A stretch of 64,000 nucleotides of DNA from Schmidtea polychroa (lineage: Eukaryota), in NCBI GenBank assembly GCA_044892525.1, contig CM097885.1, forward strand, positions 47,121,727 to 47,185,726, given 5' to 3'. A program made the translations under genes and the position numbers. Numbering within the stretch: position 1 is the first letter of the stretch; each line of letters starts with the position of its first letter. This document shows, one piece after another, positions 12,691 to 27,789 of the stretch. The notes beneath the pieces are model-generated. The model did not search any database. It worked only from the letters and a program-made list of their open reading frames with translations, and had not been told where the DNA came from.

Positions 12691-15550
12691 GTATTACTTT
12701 TAAAAAGAATAATTAAAATTAATTTATTTGAATTAATTTATTCAATCTAAATCAATTATCTATTAGATCTTATTTCAAAATTCTTATTAATTTATTGTCT
12801 TAGTTGATTCATATTAATTTGAATGATCAGTATTTTTTTATTTACTAGATGATTAATGACTAGAATTTAAAGTTCTTTCTTGTCCATTAATTACATTTTT
12901 ATGATATTTATTTTTGAATAATTTAAATTTTTACAATTATTTAATCAATTTTTACCAAGTTATTGGAAAATTTCGAGTTTAATCGAAATTTTATTAATTT
13001 TTCATCCAATTTTTTCAAGTGAAGGAGATTTTTTTTAAAGATCTATTTGTTAGTAGATAGTTGTGGGTATTTGTTAGAGTTTAGTTGTAGGTGATGGCAA
13101 GGTAGTGTATGTGATGAAGAATATTTTGTATTTAATTGTTATTATTTTTATGTGTTGCTAGTTGATTGTTGGTACTTGGTTTCTAATTGTAAGTACTTGG
13201 TATCTAGTTGTTTTTCGTAAGTTACTGGTTGATGATATTAATTTGTTGGTATCTTGTACTTGGTAGTTGGTAAGGTTTTGTTAACTGATTGTTGTTATAT
13301 AGTTGTAGGTTGATAATGCTTAGTGCCTGGTTGTGTTTGGTTGTAAGTTCTTGGTTGTTGTTAGTACTTAGTTGTGGGTAGGTGGTTGTAAGTACTTGGT
13401 ATCTAGTTGTTAGCTGGTTGTTAGTACTTGATTGCTAGTTAATGGGTAAGTGGGGGTTGAGTGTTACCAATACCCTTACGACTAATACCTTTACGACCAA
13501 TACCCTTCGACCAGTACTCTTACGACCAGTACCCATAGAGGGTCAAAACATCCTGTCGGATAAACTCTGACTATATATAATAAAAAGAATCAACAATAAC
13601 TATTTATTAAATGCAATTTTTACTTTGCAATAATAAGTCAGTAGTAATCAATTAAAGGTTAAGTAGATTTTTTGTGAATTAAAATTAGAATTTTTATAGT
13701 CTTTCATTGTAATTTAAATTATCCTCATTTCCACGTGGTGTTTTAAGGTCTTTGACTATTATACATTTTTTGATGAAAATCATCATTGTTGTTAAATTTA
13801 GACATTTGATACAATTGATAATACAATTGATAAATACAATTGATAAAATACAATGAAGAATATTTTGTTGATTGTAAGTAGTTAGTTGTAGGTATCTAAT
13901 TGTTTGAGAGTTAGTTAGTACATGATACTTGGTAGCTGGTAGTTAGTATGAGATTGTAAATAGTACCTAGATGATACCTAGTGGTTATTATTATTATTAG
14001 GTAACTAGTGACTAGCTGTTTGTTAGAAGTACATTATTGTAAGTATTTGGTTGACTTTTTAGATTTTGACAAGAATTTAAGAAATTAAGAATTGAATTAA
14101 GAAGTGCCTATTATAAGCAAATTCTTGATGAAAAATTTTATTAAGTCTTCAATGGTTATTATTTTATGTGTAGTAATGTGGTATTTAGTACAATGTTGTT
14201 AGTACTTGGTATCCAGTTGTAAGTACTTGGTTTTTGAATTATTATTACTATTATTATTATTATTATTACTTTATTATTATTATCATTTAAATTTTCATTT
14301 AAATTTTACTTTAAAAATTATTTCATTAAAATTTTCATTTAAAATTTTTATTTCTCGAAAGCTGTTGGTTATTCAAACTTTTTGTTAATAAATTTAAAAA
14401 TCTTACATTAATTTACTTTAATTTTAAAATATTACTTTAATTTAAAATTTTTAACTTTAATTTAATTCTAGACCACTGATTACTTTAATTTAAAAATATT
14501 ACTTTAATTTAAATTTTTAGAACCTTAATTTTCTTAATTTAGCCTTGTTTACCAAATATATCCATTGATTACTTTAATTCAAAAATTTGAACCTAATTAT
14601 TCTTAATTTACCTATTTATCCTTGTATTACTTAATTTAAAATTTTACACCATAATTTACTTAACAACCAAATATAACCCTTATTTACATGTTTAACCAAT
14701 AATTTCATGTGGTCATTGATTAATTCACAGAGATTTGCATCTAAAATTAACATTGAAAAATATTTCATAAAAATTTAATCTTAAGCCCTTGTCACTTGCA
14801 CCTTCCTCTCAAAATAATCTATAAAGTATGTTGCCCAATGGGTAATCACCTTTTCTGGTAAGATAATTTGTAATTTTCTTTAATTTCACTTAGATTTTAT
14901 CTCTCGTTTCTCTCGAAGCTTCATAAAAGTTGACAAATTCTTTATTGCTTTATTCGACTAACTGGCATTTTGCTTTTCAACAGCTCTCTTTTTATACTTC
15001 GCCTTTAAAATCATTTTAGTTGCTATCCAAAAATTATTCCTTCATTTCAGGTCTAAATGCCTCAACATAAAGCAAATTGCTTGACCCCGTCTTTGATGTT
15101 TTATCTAAACTCATTCTGATAGTTTCATAATCTCTCGTGCTTCCCACTAGCTGATTAATTAATTTGTTTTTACGTTATAACTTTTCCTGGGTACCCCTAA
15201 TTAAGTTTTTATTATTATTCCTGGGTTCATCTCTCGATTTGACGTTCAACCATACCCATCAATTAATATTATTTTTCAAATTTAATTTATTTTTGCACCT
15301 CTGTCATTTCGATAATAATAATCTCGATAACATTTTTGTAGTGTATGTTGGATCGACATACTTTACAAGCCTAGAATTTATTAATATTTATAAGTGAAAT
15401 TCTATTTTACATTGTAATTTTTAAAATATAAACACATAAAAATATTAATTATTTTTCAGAATCACTTACTTACAAATTGTCATTATTGTATGCGGACAAA
15501 TTTATATTTAAATCACTTGAAATATTCTAGTTATGGAAAAAATTCTTATA

Positions 15551-16027
15551 CACCTAAACCTCGATTTGCGTCTTTTTCGAAGTTGCGTCGTTAATTAATT
15601 TTCGTCATTTCGAAGTTCTCGTTAAAATTTCAATTTGCATTGTAAAATTTTAATAATTTTTTAAGATGTAAAATTTTCAGGGACCACAAATAAAATTTAT
15701 TTTGAAATAAATTTAAAAGTTTAAAATGAATTAAAGGATTTAAAAAATTATCAAATGTAAAAATTATAATTTTTATGAATTTAGCGAACTTTTGTTTTAA
15801 TTTAATAAGTTTTTTTATTTATTGTACTGTTTTAATTTATAATGAATTAAAGTTTTTGTTGATATTCATACACTTATGATATAAAAACATGTTTTTATTA
15901 ATAAAATTTTTATTAATACAATATACCAATTAATGAAAGACTGGTATAAACACATGCGATAAATGATTTCGATTTGCGTCGTTTTGATTTACGGTCAAAA
16001 TTAACGACACAAATCGAGGTTTAGGTG
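15551..16027. mobile_element. Tc1/mariner-superfamily MITE
   Basis: TA-CACCTAAACCTCGATTTG ... CAAATCGAGGTTTAGGTG-TA. Confidence 0.85.
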
Positions 16028-18967
16028 TATATTTAAATTGGTATTTATAAAATTCTATATAATAATTATTTCATTTGCAATTTGATGTTTAATTGCCAAT
16101 ATATTATCTAAGTATTATTATTATTATCAACAGCATTACTGATTAATTTCCATCAAAATTCTCGGTATTCTATGAAAATTAAATATTTTTTTATATATAT
16201 TATCTTTTTTATATATATTTATCTTTTGAGCAAATATTTGCATGCTATTCATGAACAAATTTATAAAAATGCCATCTAAAAATTAAATTTTTTTACATGT
16301 TATCTTTAAAATAAAATATCTATATAATTACCTCGATTTCGATGGCTGATTGAGGTAATTATCCCATTTAAAATGTTTCAATATTTAAAGAAAACCCAAT
16401 TTGCAGTAATAACCCATTTTTTTGTCTATTTGGATTAGGATTCTTGACGGGTATTATTATTTTTTGATATTTTAATTTTTAATTCTCCGAAATTGTAATT
16501 TTCTAATTCATATTCATATAAAAATTTCCTTAGTGATTATTTCTTACAAGGGATTGTAGCAATGACACTAATAATTATTATTTTGCAAAAGGTATAGAAA
16601 AAATACTACATCTCCCACATTTGTAATTGTATGTAGTGAAACTACTGTGAGACGGAAAAGAAAACGACAAAATATTTCTCGGATAATATATCTCAGCCGC
16701 ACCTTATATCTTGAAATAACAATGTCAACGGGACACAAACCACTCCACAACTTAGAATTCCGAAAATGTCTAACTGCAGTTCTCAACCGACAGACTCTTA
16801 TTTTACTCATATTTAGACTCCGGATTTAAAAGTTTGTCATATATCAAAGCTTATCTCACCGCAATTCGCTCAAAATATTTTACAATATAATAAGAAAATG
16901 TTCGTTTTTTTTGAAATAACAATAATAATAATTATTCATAATAATTTATGATACTGTTAATATAATAATAATAACAATAATAATAATTACAATAATTCAT
17001 AATAATGAATTTGGTACCGCTAATAAAGTTTATTTTAATTAAGTTTACAATTATTTTATTCATTCTTCTATTTATCTTAAACTTTTCAATTTGCCACTGC
17101 TCTTGCTGATTACGCTAGGTTGCAGGCTAGAGGAGTGGTTCTTCTTTGGCATCTCAAATCTCGAAGTTCGATGTCTGGAATTCCCAAGAAATATTGAAAT
17201 GATAATAATGATAACCATAGTAATAATGATAATAACAATAATAATAAACTATAATAATAATAATAACATAATAATATTATTAAAACTAAATAAATACATG
17301 TTGATTTGATGCTGTGATTATTTTATTAATAATAATTCATATTTTTTTTGTACTATGATTATTTCATTTTTATTTGCTGAATTAATAATAATTTATATGT
17401 ATTTTAAATCATGGGGTTTATTTTTTTATTTATTTGTTTGCTCCATTTTTTTATTTAGTTTTTCTGAATCTACGTCAAAATTAAAAAAAATATTTTAATT
17501 ACTTTAATTATTTTTCTCAAATAAATAACAATAAGTTTAGTCCATTTCAATGTTCAAACTCTTTGATGCGTATCGATATCGGATTATTATTTTTCCCCTT
17601 GATAGGTGAGTATGTAGTTAGTTGCCGTCTGCAGCACGACCATCCCCTTAGAAGTTATTTTTATTACTGCAGAGGGGTAATTGCTGTAAATTGGAAATGA
17701 GACTGTTCCAGATGTGTAATTTCTAAATACATCACATTTTTCACATTACAGTGAGGGGTCTTTTAGGTCTAAATAATTTTTGTACACAAAATCCGAACCT
17801 CGCTAAAAGAGCCTGTGCCAAAATTTTCTACTTTTGTTATGTATCTATATTGTTTTTGTAGTGGATTTCATGTAATATTTCTTGCTTTTATTTCATATTA
17901 GCTTATTTTTGTTTTGAATGAATTCTATTTATTTGTTTAATTGATGTTTGGACGTGCTTGACTTTGACTCAACTTAATGTTATGTCTGCGTGTTATGTTA
18001 GGACGTCTTTCAGTCACGATTCAGTCAGTTGGACTCAAAATCAGTTTTAGCCCAAAACATTGAATTGTCTCCGCGACATTAAATAGGCTCTTACAACTAA
18101 AGAAAGATAGAAAAATCGCTGTAGGAAGAAAAATAAATAAATACACAAAAACATGGTTCATAGAATTTCTATAATAAAAAATACACACAGTTGGATTTTG
18201 AATAAACTCCAAATTTTGAATTTTAAAACAAAATATAAACATGTATAAGTATATATCGAATGCTTCTTCGGAATTAATTATTTCCGGTTCAAGAAATCTA
18301 TAGAAATGTGTTAGTTTCTCATTACTCTTAGTCAATTTATAAAACATTTCTATAGATTAACCATAGATGATAAAAAATGATTATTGATTTAATGAAAAGT
18401 GGTCATGAATTTTACGAAATAGGTCATATTTTCGGGATCAAAAAGAAAACAGTGATAAGTGTTAAAATAAAATATAGAAAGGCTGGAATTTAATAAATAA
18501 ATTAAATAATTTAATACTAACTAAATTTTAAAACTACAACAAATAAAAAGGATTTAATAAAAAGATCCGATAAAACTAAAAATTAATGGATATTTTACTA
18601 AAACTCTTCACATCTAAATCTTTAAGAACAAAACTTATAACCTGCGAATCTTCATGCGTGATTGAACTTGCTGCTGAATAAATTGCACTGCTTAATTCTC
18701 TAACATCTTTAGGATTACTTGTTTTAATAAATTGTATTTTGAAGATTTTTCAGACTTTCTTTATTAAAATAAAAACAACATCAAACCAATGTTGTTAAAG
18801 AGTTGATTACATAAATAACTGACGAAAAAAAATGACAGAAACAGAAATATCAGTCAATTCAAATCAATCCCAGTATCAAATCTATCCAAGTCAAGATCAT
18901 CATAATAAACAATTTATTTGTATATAGTGATAGACAATTAACTCGTTTTTAATTTGTATATAATGTG

Positions 18968-20828
18968 TATAGTTCCTTTACCGGTAAAAACCTTTACCGT
19001 TTACCGGTAAATTGCGCATTTTTACATTACCGTTTACCGGTAAAAATATTTACTAAATTACCGGTAATACGGTAATACAAAAAATTCAACGGGCACGATG
19101 GAATTGGTAAAAGTTTATTACGAAAAAATAAAAATACAACTTGTAGAACAATTAAAGTCCAAAATTTCTATTGGAAAACAATTTTCGCTGTCTGTAGACG
19201 AATGGACGAGCATCAAAAATAGAAGATATTGCAATATTATTTTGTATGATGACAAAGAAAATTACAATCTTGGTTTAGCAAGAATAACTTGAAAATGTGA
19301 TGCAAAAAATATTCAGGCAATAATAAGAAACCGATTAAATGAGTTCAACGTAGATTTTGATCATCATATTTTATGTTCAATCAACGATGGTGCAGCAGTA
19401 ATGCAAAAATATAATAGAGAAAGTCCAGTTGAACCGGTATTATGCTTAAACCATGCACTACATTTATCAGTAACCAAGTTTTTCTACCAAAAATATGTTG
19501 ATGAAACTGACCAGAGTTCAATTGCAAATGAGAAAGACATTATTTTGTAAGAGGAATATGACAGTGACGCTGACATTGATGATGATAATTGAAAATTGAT
19601 ATGATAATTGAAAAGATAAACGAGGCAATTGAAAAGGATGAATACAGTCATTCAATTTTTTTCATTCAATTGCAAGCCTTACGCAGCGTCATTAAATATT
19701 TTCGATTATCGTCATTGAAAAATGATTTTTTGCAAGAGAAGATAAAAACTCGACTTGGCAAAGAACTGGAATTAAAAATAGATATAAAGACACGTTGGAA
19801 TTCCATCGATCCCATGATAGAACGATATTTACAAGTAGAAGAAGAAGTAAAAGAAGCCTTAGAATATTTTAATTCTCTTCATTTGTTAGCCAGAATAGAC
19901 GAAAAATATTTGATAAACATTCAAAAAATTTTAGAGCCAGTTCGGATTGCCGCAGAAGCCTTAGCAAGAAATGATGCTACACTATTTACCGCGGAAAGTG
20001 TAATTGAATTGTTATGTTCAACATTGGAAAAAAATACCGATTCACCAATAACTTCTAACTTCTTAGTTTGTTTGAAAAGAGAAATTGATAAAAGACGTAA
20101 TATTAAATTATTGTCTCTTGTACAGTACATGCTTCATCCAAAAAATTTAATGAAACGAAATGTTCACTTTGATTACTGTTCAAAGTTATCGACAGTGGCA
20201 TTTGGGAAAAAAATAATTGAAAGATTATTCAAATCAGATGAGTCAGCAGAATCAGATTCAGAAGATAATGTCGAGACCGACATTTTAAATACTGACTTGA
20301 AATCTCAATTTCAAAAAGCTATTTCTACAGCTATGGTTTCCATTTCCAGTAAACCAGTAGGATTATTATCATCAGTCCAGAAAGAGTTTTTATTTTTTGA
20401 AGTATCCGGGGAAAAAAGTCATAATCTCACACTTTTGTTCGAAGCTCTGCAAACCGCAAAACCAACATCTACAGACAATGAAAGAACATTCTCCATAGCG
20501 AGCCGAGTTGGCACTAAAATAAGAACTAGGTTATCGGATGAAAATTTGCACATTATCGTTTTCCTTAAATATTTCTTTTTGAAACAAAATGTTAACAAAA
20601 ATAATGAATAATTTAAATTTTTGTATTTAGTTCTTTTCTTGAATGATTTCTTTTATATAATATGTATGAAATAAACATATTGTAATGTTTTTTTTTCGAT
20701 TAAACCGTGACTTTGTTTTAATTTCTGGTAAAATGTTTATTACCGAAATTTACCGGTTTTACCGGTAATACGATTGTTAATTTACCGTTTACCGGTAAAA
20801 TAAAACATACGGTAATTGAGGAACTATA
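18968..20828 (+). mobile_element. Non-autonomous hAT element, copy 2 (1861 bp)
   Basis: TATAGTTCCT..AGGAACTATA termini; perfect 8-bp TSD ATAATGTG (18960-18967, 20829-20836). Confidence 0.95.
19098..20611 (+). pseudogene. hAT transposase pseudogene
   Basis: DEWTS, TRWNS and ERTFS motifs; internal stop at 19290 and disrupted frame before 19589. Confidence 0.9.
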
Positions 20829-23800
20829 ATAATGTGTGATCATAGTGAACAATTAACTCGTTATGTAGTGGGGGATTTATTTTATGGATATATTATCGAT
20901 GTTATTATAATATGTTATTGATTAACAATACTTTATTTATTGGTGGCATATTTATTCTTTTGCTTATGTATTTATGTTTGAGACTTAATTGATTTTAATT
21001 GTGGTCTATGTGTTTATATATCGGTGCACACGTAATTATTTTATAAACGAAATATATATTTTAAAAGAGGAAATTTCTTTTAAAGTAAAGATTAAATTTA
21101 TTCGAAATTATTAAAATGAAAATTACCTAAATAGTCAGTAACCTAAATTATAACAATCTAAGGGAACAAAGAAAAGAACTTAAAATAATAAATCTTTCTT
21201 CTAGCAACTTAAAATAACAGTCTAAAGAAAACTACTAAAATAACTTAAAATAATAAAATAAATCTTGTAAATAACAACAATTCTTAACAATAACAATAAT
21301 GGTAAAATAAAGTTTTATTAGCAATCTAAAGAAAAAATAATAAAATAATAAATAACAATCATTTCTAATAATAATAATGTTGAGGTTATAAAATAATTAA
21401 AAATAAAAATTATAATTGCAATGAGAGACGTGCAAGACTGGTCAAGAGGAGAAGTGACTAGGCAAAGAAATAAAATGGGTAGCAAGGCTCGAGAAGGTAC
21501 ATCTGTATATGAGGAAAGCACAAAAATGTGAATTGTGGAAAATCGATAAAATATTCATAAATTCGAATTAAAGTCTGGAAAATTAGTCATGGGTGGAACT
21601 GGTAGTGAGGAATAAAATGGTGATAACGGAATTTTGAGAAAGGGCTGGTAAGATTGCGAAAAAGGTCTGTAAAAGATGGAAAACAAGAAAATGAAATTAA
21701 TTAGCTAGAAGAAAGAAATCCCGAGTTGGGTAAACAAAGAGAAAAATAAACAGCAGGAAAATTTTGGCCCATTATCTTGTCATAGTGATTAATGGAAGAA
21801 GACCAAGAAAAAGATAGTGCATGCAGAAAGGCCCGCGCGGGCCATCAATTAGCTTTGTTCGTCGGACCATTTTGGGTGACAGCCGAAGCAGATATGTGGA
21901 GTCGAATGTCAAGAGAGAGATTGGCTCGGCAATAACCATTTGTCATCCCGATTTCGAAGAGTGTATAAGGAATGGGAAAATCAGAGCAAACCGGCATTTA
22001 ACCTCAGCTAGGAATTCGAAGAAAACCACTGTAGGAAAAGGGGAAAGACGAATTAGGAGGTTTAGGGAAAAATAAAATATAGAACCGATACGTAAAAAGT
22101 GGAAAAGAATTAATTCGAATCGAAAAGGAAAGACTTGGTCAAAAGAAACTAGGGAATAAAAAAGGTTAATATTATCTTTTGTCAAGGCATCAATAGCGAG
22201 CGGAGAATCGGTCAAACTCGTTAATCTTTGGTTATTGATTATTTTGTGTCAAGAAAAATATATTTTTGTGATTCAAATATACGTTAGGTAGTTTGTTAGT
22301 GGTGATTTTCGATTAAAGGGACACTTGAATTAATGAACCGACTTGAATTAATAAAACCCAACAATAACAATGATGGTAAAATAAAATAATTTAAAACAAT
22401 TTTTATATGTAAATACATGTTTATTTTATACACATAAAAAATATATTCATTTAATTTTTAAAAGGAGAAAATAAGAATAAATAGCAACCAAAAAATCATT
22501 CTCTTGGCCCAAAGTTTTTACCGCTTATACAGTAAACTAAAAAGGGAAAATCCTTATTAGTTTTTAAAATAGAACACGACATGACAGAAACGTTCGAAAG
22601 TAGCACGCAACATAACACGCATACATAACATACAACACATATATAACACGCATAATTCTTTTCAGTGAAATCATCTTTTAAAGGAATTAGCATTGGTAAA
22701 TATTTTGTGTTTTTGAAATAAATATTTTACTAACCCGACTTTGTTTTCATATTTAATAAACCTATATAGTCACCAGTGCAACGTTGGAAATCTCAAATAG
22801 TGAGACCTCAACACCAATACACCACTGCGCAGAAGGCCTTTATTAACCTACTGAATATCAATGTTGAATAGACTCAGATTTACAATTTCCAAACCACTAC
22901 TTAAATGTAATATCTTGGTACAATTAACTTGATGGCTTTCTTTACTTTGACTCAAAAGTTTGTTCTCATTGATAAACATTGACTTGACTCAAACGTTTAA
23001 TCAGCTTTTTGAGGAATGCATTATTTATTTTGTGGTAAATTTTTAATTTCTCGCATCCCATCCATAATTCTGTTTTCGCTTTTATATTTCTGATATTAAA
23101 TAACACTTAATATTTTTTTTGGTGGGGGGGTTCTGATCCTTACACTTGGATGTCCCGGTTTTGCAATTCTTAAATAATGTAAGTGTCTTCTACTAACACG
23201 ATTATTATTATTAATATTAAACATTATCAGTAATTCAAAATTCACACTTTGCACAAATTCAAATGCAATTAAAAATTTCAAGTAATATGAGCTCATTTAT
23301 AAAAGTTTTCTATTCCATTTTTAGGAGTGAATATAACAGCGTGACAATTTTTGGGTCGCCTAAGATATTCTGAAAATAATTTATTTGCGTTAGTCCATAG
23401 TTTCTTATTATCATTTTAAATTTAAGCGATACTTCTATTCTGACTACAGACACTACACTGAAGCGACGTACAATACTATAATTCATTCGACAGATGTCAG
23501 GAGCCTATATAATTTAATAATTTTAACTATTTAAATTCTTGCAACTTCAATTCTTTTTATGAAATTACCTACATACTATTGGGTATTTTGTGCAAGCCGG
23601 TATCACTGTCTAACGCCTTTGTGTTCTTTTCGAAATTTGGTAAACAACCCAACACAAAATCTTTATTCGAAACTAATACAGTTACACTTTGGTTATACTT
23701 TTTATTAATTCAACCACACTTGATACAACCCATTTTTGGTCCGCACTTTTCAATACAACTACAAATCTTACGTATGGACAAATCTTCCAACGGGAGATGT

Positions 23801-24584
23801 CCCTTTCTGGTACGTTCGATTTAAATTATTCAATTGACACTAACTTCAAAGTTTTCTTTGTTACTATCGCTAAATTTCTCATTTTCTTTTCTTTGACCAA
23901 CTGGCAATTCTGTTTATTTTCCGATCGCTTTTATATCCATTTTGTAATTGATTTTACATTGTCAAATTAGTCTAGATCCAACTTCCCCGCCCGAGCTTCC
24001 TCTTGTCGTGCTAAATGCTTTGAAGAATTTGCTCGTCTCTTTTGACGGCTTGCCCCAATTTAATTTTAGTCGGCTGATTAAATTGCCTTTTTTAATTTGA
24101 TTGATAATTCAGGTTCTCTCATATCGTTCGGGTTTTCCATTGTCTAGGGTTCTCCAATAGTTAATTAATTTTTGTTTTTTGTTATTTATTCTTTCTAGAG
24201 ACCCCCATTGATTTTATTTTTCTATAGTTGAACTCGTCTCATTATTCAGCATCCGCCCATACCAATTTCCCCCGGAAAATATTCATTTTTTAATTTTTTG
24301 ATTTTTTTTTAATTAATATTTTGTACTTTAAATTTTTATTGTGAATTTGGTGTTTTTATTGATTTTCACCTCATTTTTGTACCCCAACAATACTTAGTAA
24401 CGTAAAATGAAATCATATCCTGTTTAGGGCAAAACAATGTTTTCAACTATTAGTAAAATTAGTCATGCACGTGCTTCATATTCTCTAATAATTTTTATAA
24501 AAGTCAACTAAACTAAGTTTTATTATAAATTTTTATATTGATTAAATTTGCTTGCCAATGATAATGAATCAGAGAGAGACAAGT

Positions 24585-24860
24585 GTTAAGAAAAGAAAAT
24601 ATAGTGATGAATTTTTAAAGTATTTATAGTTTCATAGTTGCAACAGGAATTGAAAAGCCACAATGTGTTATTTGCAACGAAATTATGTCAACCGAATCCA
24701 TGAAGCCCAATAAACTGAAACGTCCTTTTTATACTAAACGTCATAACTATACATGTCCAGTATTTTAAGAACAAAGCTTGGGTGTCAAGAAAAGCCGATT
24801 TGATTCTGTTCCCAGTACAAATAGCAAAATGTAGCAGCCATTGAAGCTTCATATTTGGTC
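24585..24860 (+). pseudogene. Buster/Charlie-type hAT transposase N-terminal (BED finger) remnant
   Basis: KKRKYSDEFLKY and GIEKPQCVICNEIMSTESMKPNKLKR. Confidence 0.75.
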
Positions 24861-27789
24861 GCTCAAATAGGTTCAAATAAGTTAATTAAGGTTCAAATTT
24901 TAAAATTAAAGTTAATTAAGGTCCAAATTTTTAAATTAAAGTAAATGATGGTTCAAAAAATTAAATTAAAGTAATCAATGGTTCAAATAAGTTAATTAAG
25001 GTTCAAATTTTTAAATTAAAGTAAATAATGGTTCAAATTTTTAATTAAAGTAAATCAAGGTCCAAAATTTTAAATTAAAGTAATCAATGGGCTAAAATAA
25101 CTAAATTAAGGTTCTAAAAAATTAAATTAAAGTTAATTAAGGTCCAAATTTTAAAATTAAGTAATCAATGGTCAAAAATTTAAAATTAAAGTAAAATAAG
25201 TAAATTAAAATAATAATTTTTAAATTAGTAAATTAATGTAAGATTTTTAAATTTATTAACAAAAAGTTGGAATAATAGTAGGTGTTTGAGAATTGAAATT
25301 TTTTAATGAAAATTTTTATGAAATAATTTTTTAAGTAATTTTTAATAGAAATTTTAATGAAATATTTTTCAATGGTAATTTTAGATGGAAATTTTTATGG
25401 AATAATTTTTAAGATAATTTTTATGAAATATTTTTCAAAGACAAATTTTAATAATAATAATTCAACAACAAACCAACAATCAGATACCAACTACCAAGTA
25501 CAAGATACCAACAACTTAGTACCAACAACCAGTAACTTACGAACATGTTTTTACAACCAGATACCTACAACTAGATACTAACAACCAGTTACCTGCTACC
25601 AAGTACTTACAACTAGATACCAAGTACTAACAACCAAAAACAAGCAACCAACTAGGTACCAGATACCAAGTACTCACAACCGACAACAACCAGGTACTAA
25701 GCATTATCAACCAACTACTAAGCACCTACAACCACCTACCAAGTACTAAACAACCAAAAACAACCAGCTAACAACTAGCTACCACCTACCAAGTACTAAC
25801 AACCGACAACAACCAGGTACTAAGCATTATCAACCAAGTACTAACAACCAAGTATAATATACCTAGTTTTAAGCACTGTCAACTAGATACCAAGTACTTA
25901 CAACCAGATGACCACAGAAAATTATTGGTTGTCTAATTTTAAAATTTAAGTAATCAATGGTCTAAAATATTAAAGTTAAAGTCAATTTAAGATGAAAGTT
26001 TTCTGGGATTTTCAATGTTAATTTTAGATACAAATCTTCATCAATTAATCATCGACCACATGAAATTATTGGTTAAATATGTAAAAAAGGGTTATATTTG
26101 GTTGTTAAGTAAATTATGGTGTAAAATTAAGTAATAAAGGATAAATAGGTAAATTAAGGATAAGTAAATTAAAGTTAAAAATTTTAAATAGGTAAATTAA
26201 AGTCCAAATTTTAAAATTAAGTAATCAATGTTCTAAAAAATTAAATTAAAGTTAAATAAGAAAATTAAAGTAATAATTCTTAAAGAATTAAATTAAAGTA
26301 ATAATTTTTAAATAACTAATGTAATATGTAAATTAAAGTAAGATTTTTAAATTTATTATCAAAAGATTGAATAACCACCAATATTTTTTGAGAAATGTAA
26401 TTTTTAATGAAATAATTTTTTAAGTTAATTTTTATGAAATGTTTTTTAAATTAATTTTTTATCTGTCTTTAAAAATATGTTTAATTACAATCACTAGAAA
26501 AACCTTTTCAAAATGTATAAATTTAACAAAAATGATGATTTTCATCAAAAATAAATAATTGTTAACTCATCACTACGTGGAATTGATGATAATTTAAATT
26601 ACAATGAAAGACTATAGAATTCTAATTCACAAAAGATTCTTCTTTTAATTGATTACTACTGACTTATTATTGCAAAGTAAAAATCGCATTCAATAAATAC
26701 TTATTGTTGATCAGTTTTATTATATATACTCTGAGTTTATCCGACAGGATGTTTTGACCCCCTGGTCATAAAGGTACTGATCGTAAGGGTATTAGTCGTA
26801 AAGGCACACGTCGTAAGGGTATTGGTAACACTCAACCCCCCCTTAACCATTAATTAGATACTAACAACCACCATCAAAACCCATCGGGAAATTAACAAAT
26901 ATCAACCTACAACTAGATACTTACAACTAGATACCTAGTACTAATTACTTACAATTAGAAATCAAGTACCAACAATCAACTAACAACACATAAAAATAAT
27001 AGCAATTAAATACAAAATATTCTTCATCACATACAATATCTTCTTATCAAAATCTAAAAAGTCAACCAGATACCAATTACTAACAACCAACTACTTACAA
27101 ATAACAACTATGTATTAACAAATTGATCTTTAAAAGAAAATACTCATCACTTGACAAATTGGATGAAAAATTAATTGAACTCAAGGCATCAATAACTTGG
27201 TAAAAATTGATTAAATAATTGTAAAAATAAAAAATTTTCAAAATAAATGTCATAAAAATTTAATTAATGGACAAGAAAGAATTCTAATCATTAATCATCC
27301 AGTAAATATAAAAATATTGATCAATCAATTTACTATGAATCAACTAAGATAATAAATTAATAGAAATTTTGAAATAAGATCTATTAGATAATTGATTTAG
27401 ATTGAATAAATTAATTGAAATAAAATTAATTTTAATTATTTTTTTTAAAGTAATACATGTACTCAAATTGATTGACTGATTGATCAATATATTCGAAAAA
27501 TCAGTATAAATTCATTACAATTATCAAAGTCATCAATCTACAATAAAAATAATTATCATTAAATTCCAAAAGAGACAAGATAACTAATGATAACATCTAA
27601 CAAACCAGTAAATTCATTTAAATGACAATAATTGGTATATCCAACTGAATTCTCCAATAAAATCATCTAAAAAGAATCATTTTACCCTAAATATATCAAT
27701 ATTTAATGATTGGTATTTTAATGATAAATACTTGTTAAAGATCATATATTCACCTCAAACTTATAAGATTCCTTAAAATCCCTTAAATG

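Larger units (their letters stand above)
8960..14760. mobile_element. Older deleted copy of the giant palindromic element family, interrupted by Tigger and hAT
   Basis: Begins AGTAGGTAGTTAGTAGCCCCTGCAAC (cf. 30093). 9100-9520 resembles 38360-38740; 10652-10829 and 12691-14760 resemble 41390-41900 plus 52960-54190. Confidence 0.75.

Noticed and set aside
21400..24100. Coding-like GC-richer patches (ORFs 21821, 21943, 23579, 23689)
   Set aside because: No recognisable motif and multiple stops; probably decayed repeats that I cannot classify.
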